Shown: in pieces, positions 36,231 through 46,069 of the stretch
Numbering within the stretch: the stretch's first letter is position 1
Layout: every line of letters begins with the position of its first letter
Assembly: GCA_944386385.1 (NCBI GenBank)
Contig: CALXAV010000003.1
Coordinates: 19,376-83,375 of the forward strand
Direction: 5' to 3'
DNA from: an uncultured Clostridia bacterium
GTDB lineage: Bacteria; Bacillota; Clostridia; TANB77; CAG-508
Length of the DNA stretch: 64,000 nucleotides
The notes under the pieces: model-generated
The model's database searches: none
Told to the model about the DNA's origin: nothing
Seen by the model: the letters and a program-made list of their open reading frames with translations, nothing else
Program-made: the position numbers and the translations under genes

Positions 36231-36459
36231 AAGAGGAAGTTTAAGTAATTATGTTTTAATTGCACAAGATGATTTAAATACTCTTGGTTATAGAACTAAT
36301 GGATTAGATGGTATTTTTGGTTCAGCTACCCAAAACGCAGTAATAAGTTTCCAACGTTCAAGAGGACTATCTGCTGATGGAATTGTTGGCTGTAATACTT
36401 GGAGAGCACTACAAGAAGCTGTTGTAGGTACTGGTGCAACAAGCACTACAATTAATTAA
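36175..36459 (+). CDS. Peptidoglycan-binding (PG_binding_1) domain; 3' piece of the same frameshifted gene
   Basis: LRRGSLSNYVLIAQDDLNTLGY...DGIFGSATQNAVISFQRSRGLSADGIVGCNTWRAL matches the PG_binding_1 pattern. Confidence 0.7.
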   Translation: MISVSGKPACSSGGYPTLRRGSLSNYVLIAQDDLNTLGYRTNGLDGIFGSATQNAVISFQRSRGLSADGIVGCNTWRALQEAVVGTGATSTTIN

Positions 36460-36468
36460 GGAAAAAAT

Positions 36469-36490
36469 AAAAACTGGAAATCCAGTTTTT
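36469..36490. terminator. Bidirectional terminator hairpin between the convergent M15 gene and ispH
   Basis: AAAAACTGG-aaat-CCAGTTTTT. Confidence 0.6.
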
Positions 36491-37343
36491 ATTTTAATAT
36501 ACTTACAACTTCTTCTATTAATTCTTGTGGAGTTGAAGCTCCTGCCATTACTCCCACTTTTTCGCATTTGCTTATAGAATTTAAATCTAATTGACTTGCT
36601 TTTTCTATACATACACAATTTTTACAATTAGCTTTTCCTATTTCATATAGTTTTTTAGTATTAGAGCTATTTGCCCCACCGATAATTATCATATATTCGA
36701 CTTTTTTGGCAATTTCTTCTGTCTCTTTTTGTCTTAACTCTGTTGCTCTACAAATGGTATTTTTAATTACTAATTTTACATTTTCAGGTATATGTTCCTT
36801 TATCATTTTTTCTATCTTTTTAAATCTTTCTACACTATAAGTCGTCTGTAAAATAACTAATAATTTTCTAATACTACTACTTTTTAATTTTTCTATTGCA
36901 GAAGGTACATCTTCTTCTGTTTCTATTACTGCAACATTATTACCACAAAAACTTAGTGTTCCAATATTTTCTGGGTGATTTTTGCTACCACATAAGAAAA
37001 TATAATATCCCCTTTTTGCATGTTCCTCTGCAATTTTATGGATTCTTAAAACATTAGGACATGTGAAATCTTTAAGATTTATTTTAGCTTTTTTAGCCAA
37101 TTTATATATTTCTTTTTTTATTCCATGTGCTCTAACTATTGTTTCTCCTTTTGCCTCACTAATATCTTCTATAAAAACTAATCCTTTTTCCTCTAACTCT
37201 TTTATTACTTGTTTATTATGAACAATTTCTCCTAAACAATATATAGCCTTTCCTTTTGCTTTTTTTAATTCATGTTTTGCTCCGTCAACTGCCTTTTTTA
37301 CGCCATAACAAAATCCTGCACTTTTTCCTAGTATTACTTCCAT
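36489..37343 (-). CDS. ispH: 4-hydroxy-3-methylbut-2-enyl diphosphate reductase
   Basis: MEVILGKSAGFCYGVKKAV... and conserved Cys positions (FCYGV, FTCPNV, NTICRAT). Confidence 0.9.
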   Translation of the reverse strand: MEVILGKSAGFCYGVKKAVDGAKHELKKAKGKAIYCLGEIVHNKQVIKELEEKGLVFIEDISEAKGETIVRAHGIKKEIYKLAKKAKINLKDFTCPNVLRIHKIAEEHAKRGYYIFLCGSKNHPENIGTLSFCGNNVAVIETEEDVPSAIEKLKSSSIRKLLVILQTTYSVERFKKIEKMIKEHIPENVKLVIKNTICRATELRQKETEEIAKKVEYMIIIGGANSSNTKKLYEIGKANCKNCVCIEKASQLDLNSISKCEKVGVMAGASTPQELIEEVVSILK

Positions 37344-37367
37344 ATCAATCCCTCTTTAAGACCTTCT

Positions 37368-38426
37368 TTAATTATTTACCATATTTAAAATTTCTTCTTT
37401 TAGTACATCTACAATATTTTCCTGTTTTACCTTCTTAATAATTTCACCTTTTTTAAAAAGCAATCCTTCTTTAACTCCACCTGCAATTCCAATATCTGCT
37501 TCTCTTGCCTCTCCAGGTCCATTTACACTACACCCCATAACGGCAACTGTAATATCTGCTTCTATCCCTTGTAAAAACTCTTCTACTTCTTTTGCAATAG
37601 GTATTAAATCTATTTGTGTTCTACCACAAGTAGGACATGCTACTAAAGTTGGTGATTTTTTATATAAATTACAGTCTTTCAATATTTCTTTTGCAACCTT
37701 AATCTCTTTTACAGGATCATCTGATAAAGATACTCTCATTGTATCCCCTATCCCATTTCTTAACATATATCCAAGACCTATACTTGACTTTACTGTTCCA
37801 CTAAATTCAGTTCCGCTTTCTGTTATTCCTAAATGAAGTGGACAATCAAATTCTTTTGATGCTTCCTCATAAGCTTCAATACATAAATCCAAGTTACTTG
37901 CTTTAAGTGATAAAACATAATCATGAAAATCAAGTTCTTCTAAAATGTCAATATGTCTTTTTGCACTTTCAACCATTGCTTTAGCTGTTGGTTTTCCATA
38001 CTTTTCTAATAGGTCTTTCTCAAGAGACCCACCATTTACCCCTATTCTAATTGGAATATGCTTTTCTTTACACTTATCTACAACAGCTTTTACTCTATCT
38101 TTAGAGCCAATATTTCCAGGATTTATTCTAACTTTATCTACTCCTGAGCTAATTGCCTCTAATGCTATTCTATAATCATAATGTATATCAGCTACAATTG
38201 GAATATGTATTTTTTTCTTTATTTCTTTTATTGCTTTTGCATCTTCCATATCTAAGCATGCAACTCTTATAATCTCACAACCTGCTTTTTCTAATTCTAA
38301 AGTCTGTGCTACAGTTGCTTCTATATCCTTTGTTTTTGTATTACACATTGATTGTATAACAACTTTGTTTTGTCCTCCTATTTGGACATTTCCTACCATT
38401 ACTTTTCTTGTTTTAGTTCTTTCCAT
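37368..38426 (-). CDS. ispG: (E)-4-hydroxy-3-methylbut-2-enyl-diphosphate synthase
   Basis: [33 protein letters not shown], and the C-terminal CPTCGR...GCSVNGPGE cluster. Confidence 0.92.
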   Translation of the reverse strand: MERTKTRKVMVGNVQIGGQNKVVIQSMCNTKTKDIEATVAQTLELEKAGCEIIRVACLDMEDAKAIKEIKKKIHIPIVADIHYDYRIALEAISSGVDKVRINPGNIGSKDRVKAVVDKCKEKHIPIRIGVNGGSLEKDLLEKYGKPTAKAMVESAKRHIDILEELDFHDYVLSLKASNLDLCIEAYEEASKEFDCPLHLGITESGTEFSGTVKSSIGLGYMLRNGIGDTMRVSLSDDPVKEIKVAKEILKDCNLYKKSPTLVACPTCGRTQIDLIPIAKEVEEFLQGIEADITVAVMGCSVNGPGEAREADIGIAGGVKEGLLFKKGEIIKKVKQENIVDVLKEEILNMVNN

Positions 38427-38547
38427 TTTTATTATTTCCCTTTATTCTTTTTTTACATATTTAATCACATTTTTAACTTTTATTCAAGAAAAAAAGAACC
38501 TATTTGTTAATTTATTTAACAATAAGTTCTTTAGTTTTTAAATCCTT

Positions 38548-39285
38548 TTATTTAGAAGCTATATAATAACCTACACCTCTTTTAGTTATTAATATTTTAG
38601 GTGCTGATGTATCTTTTTCTATCTTCTCTCTAATTCTTCTTACTGTAACATCAACAGTTCTTATATCGCCATAATATTCATATCCCCATACTTTTTCAAG
38701 TAAAGTTTCTCTAGTTACAACTTGTTCTGGTTGTGAAGCTAAAAATTTTAATACTTCAAATTCTCTTAATGTTAAATCAATAACTTCTCCTCTTACCTTT
38801 ACTTCAAATTTATCTAAATCTAATTCCAAATCTCCAACAACAATTTTACTTTCCTTTTTCTTATCTTCTTTCATTTCTACAGTTTGGTTGTTTGAAACAA
38901 CTTCTACTTTTCTTAAATTAGCCTTTACTCTTGCAACTAATTCTCTTACACTAAATGGCTTAGTAATATAATCATCAGCTCCAAGTTCTAGTCCTAATAT
39001 TTTATCTATTTCACCATCTTTTGCTGTTAGCATTATTATTGGAACATTTAATGAATTTTTGATTCTTTTACATACTGATAATCCGTCCATTTTAGGAAGC
39101 ATGATATCTAATAAAATTAAATCTGGTTTTTTCTCTAATGCAATATCAACAGCTGTAACACCATCACCTGCTTCTATAGTTCTATATCCTTCTTTACTTA
39201 AATTATAAACCAATATATCTCTAATTGGTTGTTCATCATCAACAATTAAGATGGTTTTTGCATCTTTCATTAATTCTTCTTCCAC
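38548..39285 (-). CDS. OmpR-family two-component response regulator
   Basis: REC domain (ILIVDDE, LILLDIMLPKMDG, LTAKD) plus a winged-helix domain (LTLREFEVLKFL...RTVDVTVRRIREK). The start is uncertain (GTG 39285 or ATG 39270). Confidence 0.9.
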   Translation of the reverse strand: MEEELMKDAKTILIVDDEQPIRDILVYNLSKEGYRTIEAGDGVTAVDIALEKKPDLILLDIMLPKMDGLSVCKRIKNSLNVPIIMLTAKDGEIDKILGLELGADDYITKPFSVRELVARVKANLRKVEVVSNNQTVEMKEDKKKESKIVVGDLELDLDKFEVKVRGEVIDLTLREFEVLKFLASQPEQVVTRETLLEKVWGYEYYGDIRTVDVTVRRIREKIEKDTSAPKILITKRGVGYYIASK

Positions 39286-39380
39286 AAAAATTCCGCCTTT
39301 CTATACCTTAGCTTTATTTTTATAGTTATATTTATATCACACATTTAAGCTTTATACAAGTTTTTTTGTAAAATTTATCC

Positions 39381-40409
39381 TCAAGAAATTACTCCTCCTC
39401 CTAGAACAATCCCTTCTTCATCATAGAAAACAACTGATTGTCCTTTAGTAATTGCTCTTTGAGGCTCTTTAAACTCTACTTCTACTCCATTATCTTTTCT
39501 TCTTACAACTGCTTTTGCTTCTTTTGCTCTATAACGAATTTTAGCAAAACATTCAAATTTGTCTTCTACTTCTACTTGGAAATTCAAATCTTTAGCAAAT
39601 AATTTTTTACTATATAAGTCTTCTTCTTTTCCAACAATTACTTCATTTTTCTTATAATCTAAGTCTACTACATAAAGTGGATATGAATATGATATACCTA
39701 TACCTTTTCTTTGTCCTATTGTATAATTTATAAGCCCGTTATGTGTTCCCAAAATTTCTCCTGTTTTTAATCTAATATTTCCTGTTTTTGGTTTTTCCTT
39801 CATATGCTCTAATAAGAATCTTTGATAATCATTATCTTCTATAAAACATATTTCTTGGCTATCTTTCTTTTTTGCAACTTCTAGTCCTTTTTCATCAGCC
39901 AAAGCTCTTATTTCTTCTTTGTTTTTATACTTTTGTAGTGGAAATATTATATGTTCTAATTCTTCTTTTGGAATATTATATAAAAAATATGTCTGGTCTT
40001 TTCTTTCTTCTTCTGATTTTCTTAATACATATTGATTATATTTTTTAGAAAACTCTATTCTAGCATAATGTCCTGTTGCAATATAATCACAACCTAATTC
40101 TTTAGCTTTTTCATAAAATATTCCAAATTTCATTTTCTTATTACATTCAACACATGGATTAGGAGTTCTTGCTTGTTTATATTCATTTATAAATTTTTGA
40201 ATAACATAACAATTAAATTCTTGTTTTAAATCAAAAGTATAATGAGGTATTCCTAAAGTTTCACATACTTTTTTTGCATCATCTACTGCTTTTTGCTCTT
40301 CTCCATGTAATATCATTGTAGCTCCAATTACCTCATAACCTTGTTGTTGTAGAACAACAGCTGATACAGAACTATCTACTCCCCCACTCATTCCTAATAA
40401 TACTTTCAT
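39381..40409 (-). CDS. mnmA: tRNA 2-thiouridine(34) synthase
   Basis: PP-loop MSGGVDSSVSA, CNKKMKF, and ATGHYAR. Confidence 0.92.
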   Translation of the reverse strand: MKVLLGMSGGVDSSVSAVVLQQQGYEVIGATMILHGEEQKAVDDAKKVCETLGIPHYTFDLKQEFNCYVIQKFINEYKQARTPNPCVECNKKMKFGIFYEKAKELGCDYIATGHYARIEFSKKYNQYVLRKSEEERKDQTYFLYNIPKEELEHIIFPLQKYKNKEEIRALADEKGLEVAKKKDSQEICFIEDNDYQRFLLEHMKEKPKTGNIRLKTGEILGTHNGLINYTIGQRKGIGISYSYPLYVVDLDYKKNEVIVGKEEDLYSKKLFAKDLNFQVEVEDKFECFAKIRYRAKEAKAVVRRKDNGVEVEFKEPQRAITKGQSVVFYDEEGIVLGGGVIS

Positions 40410-40421
40410 TTATTACTCCTT

Positions 40422-41879
40422 CTAATTACCTATTGGTGCATAATGGTCTGTAACTATTTCTTTATCACTTGAAAAATCTGTTATTTCCATATCTAATAAC
40501 TCCTTGTATTCTTCGTATTTTTCTTCATTTATATTTTTACCATTTTTGAATCCTACTAATATTAGATTTTGTCTGTCTGTATCTTCCACATTTCTCACCC
40601 TAAACACTTTTACTTCTTGGAAAACTTCTTTATATGTTGCATATTCATATTTTATAAAATCGTCATCTTCGCCTTCTAGTGTAGATATTATATTTGTAAT
40701 TACCATTCCATTATCATTTAGAGCATTTTTAGCTTTTTGAAGAGCTTCATATGTTGTTAGTTCGAAAGGTGCATTAAATCCTTTAAATGCATCTATTAAT
40801 ATAGTATCATATTTATTTTCTGTGCTATTTAAAAAACTTCTTCCATCTTGATGATAAATTTTAAGTCTCGGATTTTCTATATCCAACCCGAAATCACTTA
40901 CAGCAAGTTCTGTCATCTTTTCATCAATTTCAGATACATCTATTGTTTTATCCTGATATTTGTTTAAATAATATGTTGGATAAGTATATGCTGCTCCTCC
41001 TATCATAAGAGTTGACTTTGCATCTTTATTATAGTAATCAAATAAATCATAATAATATAAATATGCTGCTCCCATTTCGTTTGTTTCTTGGTTTATATAT
41101 GATTCAAGACCAGTATCTACTTGCATAGTTTTATAATTTGTTTCACCTACTGATAAATTCTTTATCCATATTCTGCTATACTCTGAGTCAACATCTTTTA
41201 TTATATCTGGATTTTCCTTTTCAAATATTACTTTTCCATAATAATTTAATCCAAGTAATGCAATTAAACATACAAACACACATGCACAATATTTTATATC
41301 TTTCTTATCAAACATTATGAATGATAATACGAATAAAACTAAAGTTACTATTAATATAAGCATTCTAACACCTAAATTAGGTATTAGTAAAAATCCTCCA
41401 ACAAATGTACCAACTATACTTCCTATAGTTGATAATGAAGATATTTTACCTGATGTTTTTCCTATATCTTCATGTGTTTTGTCTTCTAACTTTACTGCAA
41501 ATGGAGATACCATAGCTGAAATAAAACTAGGTATTCCAAATACTAAAGCAGAACATACTATTGCAACAAATACTAATTGGTCAGACATTTCTGATAATGG
41601 TTTTACAAGTATTGCTTCTAAAATAGGTATTAAACTTGTAAAAAGTGCTCCACATAATATAAATAATGATAATATGTTTATATCTGGCTTCTTATCTGCA
41701 ATTTTTCCTCCTAGCCAATATCCTATACTCATACTTGTTAACATTATTCCTATGATAGTTGTCCAAATCAGATTAGAACTTCCAACATATGGTGATAATA
41801 TCCTTGCTGCAACTAATTCCAATATCATACCAAGTGCACCACATAAGAATACAGTTATTTTCATTTTATATTTTTTCAT
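40422..41879 (-). CDS. Fused polytopic-membrane/spermidine-synthase-like protein
   Basis: About 200 aa of TM segments, followed by an aminopropyltransferase-like fold (LMIGGAAYTYP, VSEIDEKM, DTILIDAF). Confidence 0.75.
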   Translation of the reverse strand: MKKYKMKITVFLCGALGMILELVAARILSPYVGSSNLIWTTIIGIMLTSMSIGYWLGGKIADKKPDINILSLFILCGALFTSLIPILEAILVKPLSEMSDQLVFVAIVCSALVFGIPSFISAMVSPFAVKLEDKTHEDIGKTSGKISSLSTIGSIVGTFVGGFLLIPNLGVRMLILIVTLVLFVLSFIMFDKKDIKYCACVFVCLIALLGLNYYGKVIFEKENPDIIKDVDSEYSRIWIKNLSVGETNYKTMQVDTGLESYINQETNEMGAAYLYYYDLFDYYNKDAKSTLMIGGAAYTYPTYYLNKYQDKTIDVSEIDEKMTELAVSDFGLDIENPRLKIYHQDGRSFLNSTENKYDTILIDAFKGFNAPFELTTYEALQKAKNALNDNGMVITNIISTLEGEDDDFIKYEYATYKEVFQEVKVFRVRNVEDTDRQNLILVGFKNGKNINEEKYEEYKELLDMEITDFSSDKEIVTDHYAPIGN

Positions 41880-41905
41880 ATGTTTCTCCTTTATCTTCCA
41901 ATATT

Positions 41906-43654
41906 TTATTCTTTGTCTAAATCTAATTTTATATGAACATCTTTTAATTGTTGATTTGATACAACAGATGGAGCTTGCATAAGTAAATCTCTTGCCCTCT
42001 TATTTTTTGGAAACGCTATTACTTCTCTTATATTTTGAGAATTTGCAATTAACATTACCATTCTATCAAGTCCTGGTGCAGCTCCTGCATGTGGTGGTGC
42101 ACCATATTGGAATGCTTTATATAATGCTCCAAATCTATTTTTTACATCTTCTTCTTTATATCCTGCTATCTCAAATGCTTTTACCATTATTTCTGGATTA
42201 TGATTTCTAACAGCTCCTGATGCCATTTCATATCCATTACATACTAAGTCATATTGATATGCTAAGATATCTAATGGGTCTTTTGTTTCTAATGCTTCTA
42301 ATCCACCTTGTGGCATTGAGAATGGGTTATGGTTAAAATCTATTGTTCCTTCATCTGATAATTCATACATTGGAAAATCTACTATAAAGCAGAATCTATA
42401 TGTATCTTTTTCTAATAAATCTAACCTATTTCCAAGTTCAATTCTAACTAGTCCTGCTATTTTTTGAGCTTGTTTTAATTCGTCTCCTATAAAGAATATA
42501 GCGTCTCTATTTTTAAATCCATATTCTTTTTCTAACATTTCTTTCATTTCTTCTGTTATGAATTTCGCAATTCCACCAGTTAAAGTATTTTCTTCTAATT
42601 TTGTCCAAGCTAGACCTTTTGCTCCTACTTCCTCTGTTTTTGCAAAATCAGTCATTTTATCAAAGAATTTTCTTCCTTGTTTTGCACCTTCTGGAACTAT
42701 AATTGCTTTTACTGTTTTTCCTTCAAATGCTTTAAAGTCAGATTTTTCAAATACTTTTGTTACATCTTGAATTATTAATGGATTTCTTAAATCTGGTTTA
42801 TCTATTCCGTATTTTTCCATAGCTTCTTTATATGGAATACGTATAAATGGGCCTTCATCTACTTTCCAATCTGTAAATTTCTTAAATGTATATGGTACTA
42901 CTTCTTCAATTACTTTAAATACATCTTCTTGAGTTGCAAAACTCATTTCAAAATCTAATTGATAAAATTCTCCTGGTGCTCTATCTGCTCTTGGGTCTTC
43001 ATCTCTAAAGCATGGTGCTATTTGATAATATTTATTAAATCCTGCAAGCATTAACAATTGTTTAAATTGTTGTGGTGCTTGTGGAAGTGCATAAAACTCA
43101 CCTGGGTTTAATCTACTTGGAACTAAATAATCTCTTGCTCCTTCTGGTGATGAATTTCCTAAAATAGGAGTTTGTATTTCTGTAAATCCTAATTCGTCCA
43201 TTTTATCTCTTAATGTTTTCATTATTTTTGAACGAAGTAATATATTGTTGTGTAGTTTTTCGTTTCTTAAATCTAAAAATCTATATTCTAATCTTAAATC
43301 CTCTCTTACTTCTTGATTTGTATTTATTTCAAATGGAAGCACATTTTTACATTTTCCAAGCATTTCAATTTCTTTAGCTACTACTTCAATTTCTCCTGTT
43401 GGAATCTTTGTATTTTTACTACTTCTTTCCACAACTTGTCCGCAAATGTTGATACAACTTTCTGTATTATATGATTTTATTTGTTCTTCTAATTTTTCAT
43501 CATTTATAACTATTTGTGTTATTCCAAATTCATCTCTTAAATCGATGAAAATCATTCCACCTAAATTTCTTATTTTTTGAATCCAACCACTTAGTTCAAC
43601 CTCTTCATTTACATTATTTAAATTTAATTCTCCACATGTCTTTGTTCTATACAT
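41906..43654 (-). CDS. aspS: Aspartate--tRNA ligase
   Basis: N-terminal OB fold (VELSGWIQKIRNLGGMIFIDLRD) and class II motifs (FRDEDPRADR, GGLDRMVMLIA-type APGLDRMVML). Confidence 0.93.
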   Translation of the reverse strand: MYRTKTCGELNLNNVNEEVELSGWIQKIRNLGGMIFIDLRDEFGITQIVINDEKLEEQIKSYNTESCINICGQVVERSSKNTKIPTGEIEVVAKEIEMLGKCKNVLPFEINTNQEVREDLRLEYRFLDLRNEKLHNNILLRSKIMKTLRDKMDELGFTEIQTPILGNSSPEGARDYLVPSRLNPGEFYALPQAPQQFKQLLMLAGFNKYYQIAPCFRDEDPRADRAPGEFYQLDFEMSFATQEDVFKVIEEVVPYTFKKFTDWKVDEGPFIRIPYKEAMEKYGIDKPDLRNPLIIQDVTKVFEKSDFKAFEGKTVKAIIVPEGAKQGRKFFDKMTDFAKTEEVGAKGLAWTKLEENTLTGGIAKFITEEMKEMLEKEYGFKNRDAIFFIGDELKQAQKIAGLVRIELGNRLDLLEKDTYRFCFIVDFPMYELSDEGTIDFNHNPFSMPQGGLEALETKDPLDILAYQYDLVCNGYEMASGAVRNHNPEIMVKAFEIAGYKEEDVKNRFGALYKAFQYGAPPHAGAAPGLDRMVMLIANSQNIREVIAFPKNKRARDLLMQAPSVVSNQQLKDVHIKLDLDKE

Positions 43655-43689
43655 TTTCTTCTCCTTCTTTTTTCCATTTTAACTATTAT

Positions 43690-43718
43690 ATAATACCACA
43701 ATTTATGCTTAATATCAA
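43690..43718 (-). promoter_or_regulatory. Putative aspS promoter
   Basis: On the minus strand, TTGATA(43718-43713)-17 nt-TATTAT(43695-43690), with TGg just upstream. Confidence 0.45.
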
Positions 43719-43896
43719 TGTCTTGAAAAGCATATTTTTATTTTTTCTATTGTTAATTATGTTAAATTTTTGTATAATTAAATAGATATGGGAAATCCCC
43801 CTATCATATTCCTTTTTTCACTAATTAGTGAGAGGATTTCCTCAAGCTTTTTAGTTTTTCATAGTATTTATTCACCAATAAAGGTTTGGAGGAAAT

Positions 43897-44010
43897 ATGT
43901 TTATTCTTCTTTTTGTAGGTTCTTTGGCAATCACTATAGCGTTGTATGTTGGCTACAAGAAAAAAAGCAACAGCAGATGCAAGTATATTTGGACAACAAT
44001 GCCAAGATAA
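43897..44010 (+). CDS. Possible small membrane protein (37 aa as read; may continue by a frame change at an A7 run)
   Basis: GGAGG lies 5 nt before ATG 43897. The product MFILLFVGSLAITIALYVGYKKK has a TM helix. A strong terminator lies downstream at 44094. Confidence 0.3.
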   Translation: MFILLFVGSLAITIALYVGYKKKSNSRCKYIWTTMPR

Positions 44011-44093
44011 AGGAACTAAAAGAAGAAAAAATCAACGTATCAAAGAACAAATGGCTTTTGTACTTTGGTAATTAACAAAAAGGTTCTTACCTT

Positions 44094-44121
44094 CCCCTCT
44101 AAAGAGGGGTTTTTATTTTTT
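44094..44121 (+). terminator. Intrinsic terminator
   Basis: CCCCTC-taaa-GAGGGG followed by TTTTTATTTTTT. Confidence 0.65.
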
Positions 44122-44230
44122 ACTATAAATTTTGTTTCTTGCTTTTTTCTAGCTTATATAGTAAAATATTAGTTGTAAAAGTCCAAAATAATTATAAAAA
44201 TATAATAAATTAGAAAGTGAGGTAAATATC

Positions 44231-44935
44231 ATGAAAAAATTACCTTATGGAATAAGTGACTATGAAAGATTAATAGAAAATAATTATTACTATGTTGATA
44301 AAACAAAATATATAGAACAATTAGAAAATTTGGCTATGCCATATATAATATTTTTACGTCCAAGGAAATTTGGTAAAACATTGTTTACAAGCGTATTAGA
44401 AAATTATTACGATATAAAAAAACGAAATAAATTTAAAGAATTATTTGGAAATACTTACATAGGAAAAAATCCAACTAGATTAAAGAATAGTTATTACATA
44501 CTAAGATTTAATTTTTCTGGAATAGATACTACAAGCGAAGATACAACTATGCAAAGTTTTAAAGAAAAAGTAACGGCATCAATATCAGATTTTATAAAAA
44601 ATTACGACTTAGATTTTTATATAAACCCTGACATGACGGCTGAAGGATTATTGAATAATTTAATAATAGCATTTAAAAATCAGAAACAAGGAGAAAAACT
44701 ATATGTAATAATAGACGAGTATGACCATTTTGCAAATGAATTATTAGGTTTTAAAACTGAACATTTTAAAAATCTTGTTTCTAAAAATGGTAAAATAAGA
44801 AAATGGTATGAAATACTAAAAGAAGGTACAGAAAGCGTCGTTGATAGAATATTTATAACAGGTGTTGCTCCAATTACTTTAGATAGTATGACTTCTGGTT
44901 TTAATATAGGATATGATTTAACACGGAGACCCTAG
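44231..44935 (+). CDS. AAA-ATPase-like domain protein (5' piece of a frameshifted AAA-ATPase_like/PD-(D/E)XK gene)
   Basis: MKKLPYGISDYERLIENNYYYVDKT...RPRKFGKT is typical of the predicted AAA-ATPase N-terminal family. The frame breaks at about 44931-44936. Confidence 0.72.
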   Translation: MKKLPYGISDYERLIENNYYYVDKTKYIEQLENLAMPYIIFLRPRKFGKTLFTSVLENYYDIKKRNKFKELFGNTYIGKNPTRLKNSYYILRFNFSGIDTTSEDTTMQSFKEKVTASISDFIKNYDLDFYINPDMTAEGLLNNLIIAFKNQKQGEKLYVIIDEYDHFANELLGFKTEHFKNLVSKNGKIRKWYEILKEGTESVVDRIFITGVAPITLDSMTSGFNIGYDLTRRP

Positions 44936-44945
44936 ATTTAATGAA

Positions 44946-45920
44946 ATGATTGGTTTTACAAAAACCGAACTAGAAACTTTAATGAAAGACCAAGAAATAT
45001 CAAAAGAAAAACAAGAAAATTTACTTCCAATAATGGAAGAAAATTATGATGGATATAAATTTTCTAAAGATGCCACCGAAAGAGTATACAATTCAAATAT
45101 GTGTTTATATTTTTTAGATTACTATATGGGCTTTAAAAGAATACCAGAAAAATTATTAGATGTAAATATAGCAAGCGATTATAGTAAAATAGGAAATATG
45201 TTATCTCTTTGTAAAAATGAAAACAGATTAGATATAATAGAAAAAACAGTTTTAGGCGAAAAACTGTTAACAAAGATAACTCAAAAATTCAATCCAGAAA
45301 TAACCTTTGGAGAAAGAGAGTTATTATCTATGTTATATTATCTAGGTTATTTAACAATAGTAGGAGAAAATTTGGGCAGGATTGAATTAAAAGTTCCAAA
45401 CCAATCAGTTAAAGAAATTTATGCAGACTATTTCTTAGAATTAATAGAAAAAGAAACTAATTTAAAAATTAATGAAAGTGAATATGATCAAATTTTACAA
45501 GAAGTAGCATTAGAAGGGAAAATAAATAGCTTTACAAGTGTTGCCCAAAAATATTTAAGTAACCTATCAAACAGAGACTATGAACGTTTTGATGAAAAAT
45601 ATGTTAAACTATTATTTTATAGTATCGCAATGAGTTTTGATACATATAATGTAACATCTGAAATGGAAATAGAAAGAGGATATAGTGATTTAATATTAAT
45701 TCCAAGAGAAAGCGAAAAAGGTAAAGGATATTATTCAATAATAATCGAATTTAAATATTTAAAAAAGTATAATGAAAAAAACTTAGAAAAAGAACAAGAA
45801 GATGCAAAAAAGCAACTAGAAAAATATTGTAATACTCGTTTTTTGAAAGATATAAAAAATCTAACTAAATATACAATAGTCGCTATAAATGATAAATTAT
45901 ATGTTCAAGAAATAAAATAA
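44946..45920 (+). CDS. PD-(D/E)XK nuclease-like C-terminal part (3' piece of the same gene)
   Basis: The frame upstream of its Met reads DPRFNEMIGFTKTEL, continuous with the upstream ORF after a 1-nt correction. GYSDLILIP...IIEFKY is a D...E.K-type core. Confidence 0.72.
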   Translation: MIGFTKTELETLMKDQEISKEKQENLLPIMEENYDGYKFSKDATERVYNSNMCLYFLDYYMGFKRIPEKLLDVNIASDYSKIGNMLSLCKNENRLDIIEKTVLGEKLLTKITQKFNPEITFGERELLSMLYYLGYLTIVGENLGRIELKVPNQSVKEIYADYFLELIEKETNLKINESEYDQILQEVALEGKINSFTSVAQKYLSNLSNRDYERFDEKYVKLLFYSIAMSFDTYNVTSEMEIERGYSDLILIPRESEKGKGYYSIIIEFKYLKKYNEKNLEKEQEDAKKQLEKYCNTRFLKDIKNLTKYTIVAINDKLYVQEIK

Positions 45921-45964
45921 TAATATATAAAAGTTTGTATTCACATTTGAAATTAAAAAGAATT

Positions 45965-45997
45965 ACGGCTGTCATATATGGCAGTCGTTTTTATTTT
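45965..45997 (+). terminator. Intrinsic terminator
   Basis: ACGGCTGTCA-tata-TGGCAGTCGT (10 bp including two G-T pairs), then TTTTTATTTT. Confidence 0.6.
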
Positions 45998-46069
45998 CCA
46001 AAAAAATCCCTTGTGTTTTTATTAATTTAATGGTATTATAAATTTAGTTTATTTACAGGAGATAAAATT

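Noticed and set aside
41317-41982. A 221-aa plus-strand ORF.
   Set aside because: It is entirely antisense to the well-supported spermidine-synthase-like gene and the end of aspS. It has no RBS and looks like a shadow ORF of an AT-rich coding region.
43655-43790. Looked for a T-box riboswitch leader upstream of aspS.
   Set aside because: The leader between the putative promoter (43690-43718) and the start codon is only about 35 nt. That is far too short for a T-box, and no T-box consensus or antiterminator is seen.
43788-44075. The 95-aa track ORF as a real gene.
   Set aside because: Its N-terminal two thirds have no RBS and overlap the aspS promoter region. Only the segment downstream of the GGAGG-ATG at 43897 looks plausible, and that is reported separately at low confidence.
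19294-44950. Considered whether the five frame breaks (HK, ftsW, PBP, M15, AAA/PDDEXK) are programmed ribosomal frameshifts.
   Set aside because: No shared slippery heptamer or downstream structure is present, and the sites are heterogeneous. Simple 1-nt indels restore canonical proteins, so sequencing error or recent mutation is the more economical explanation.
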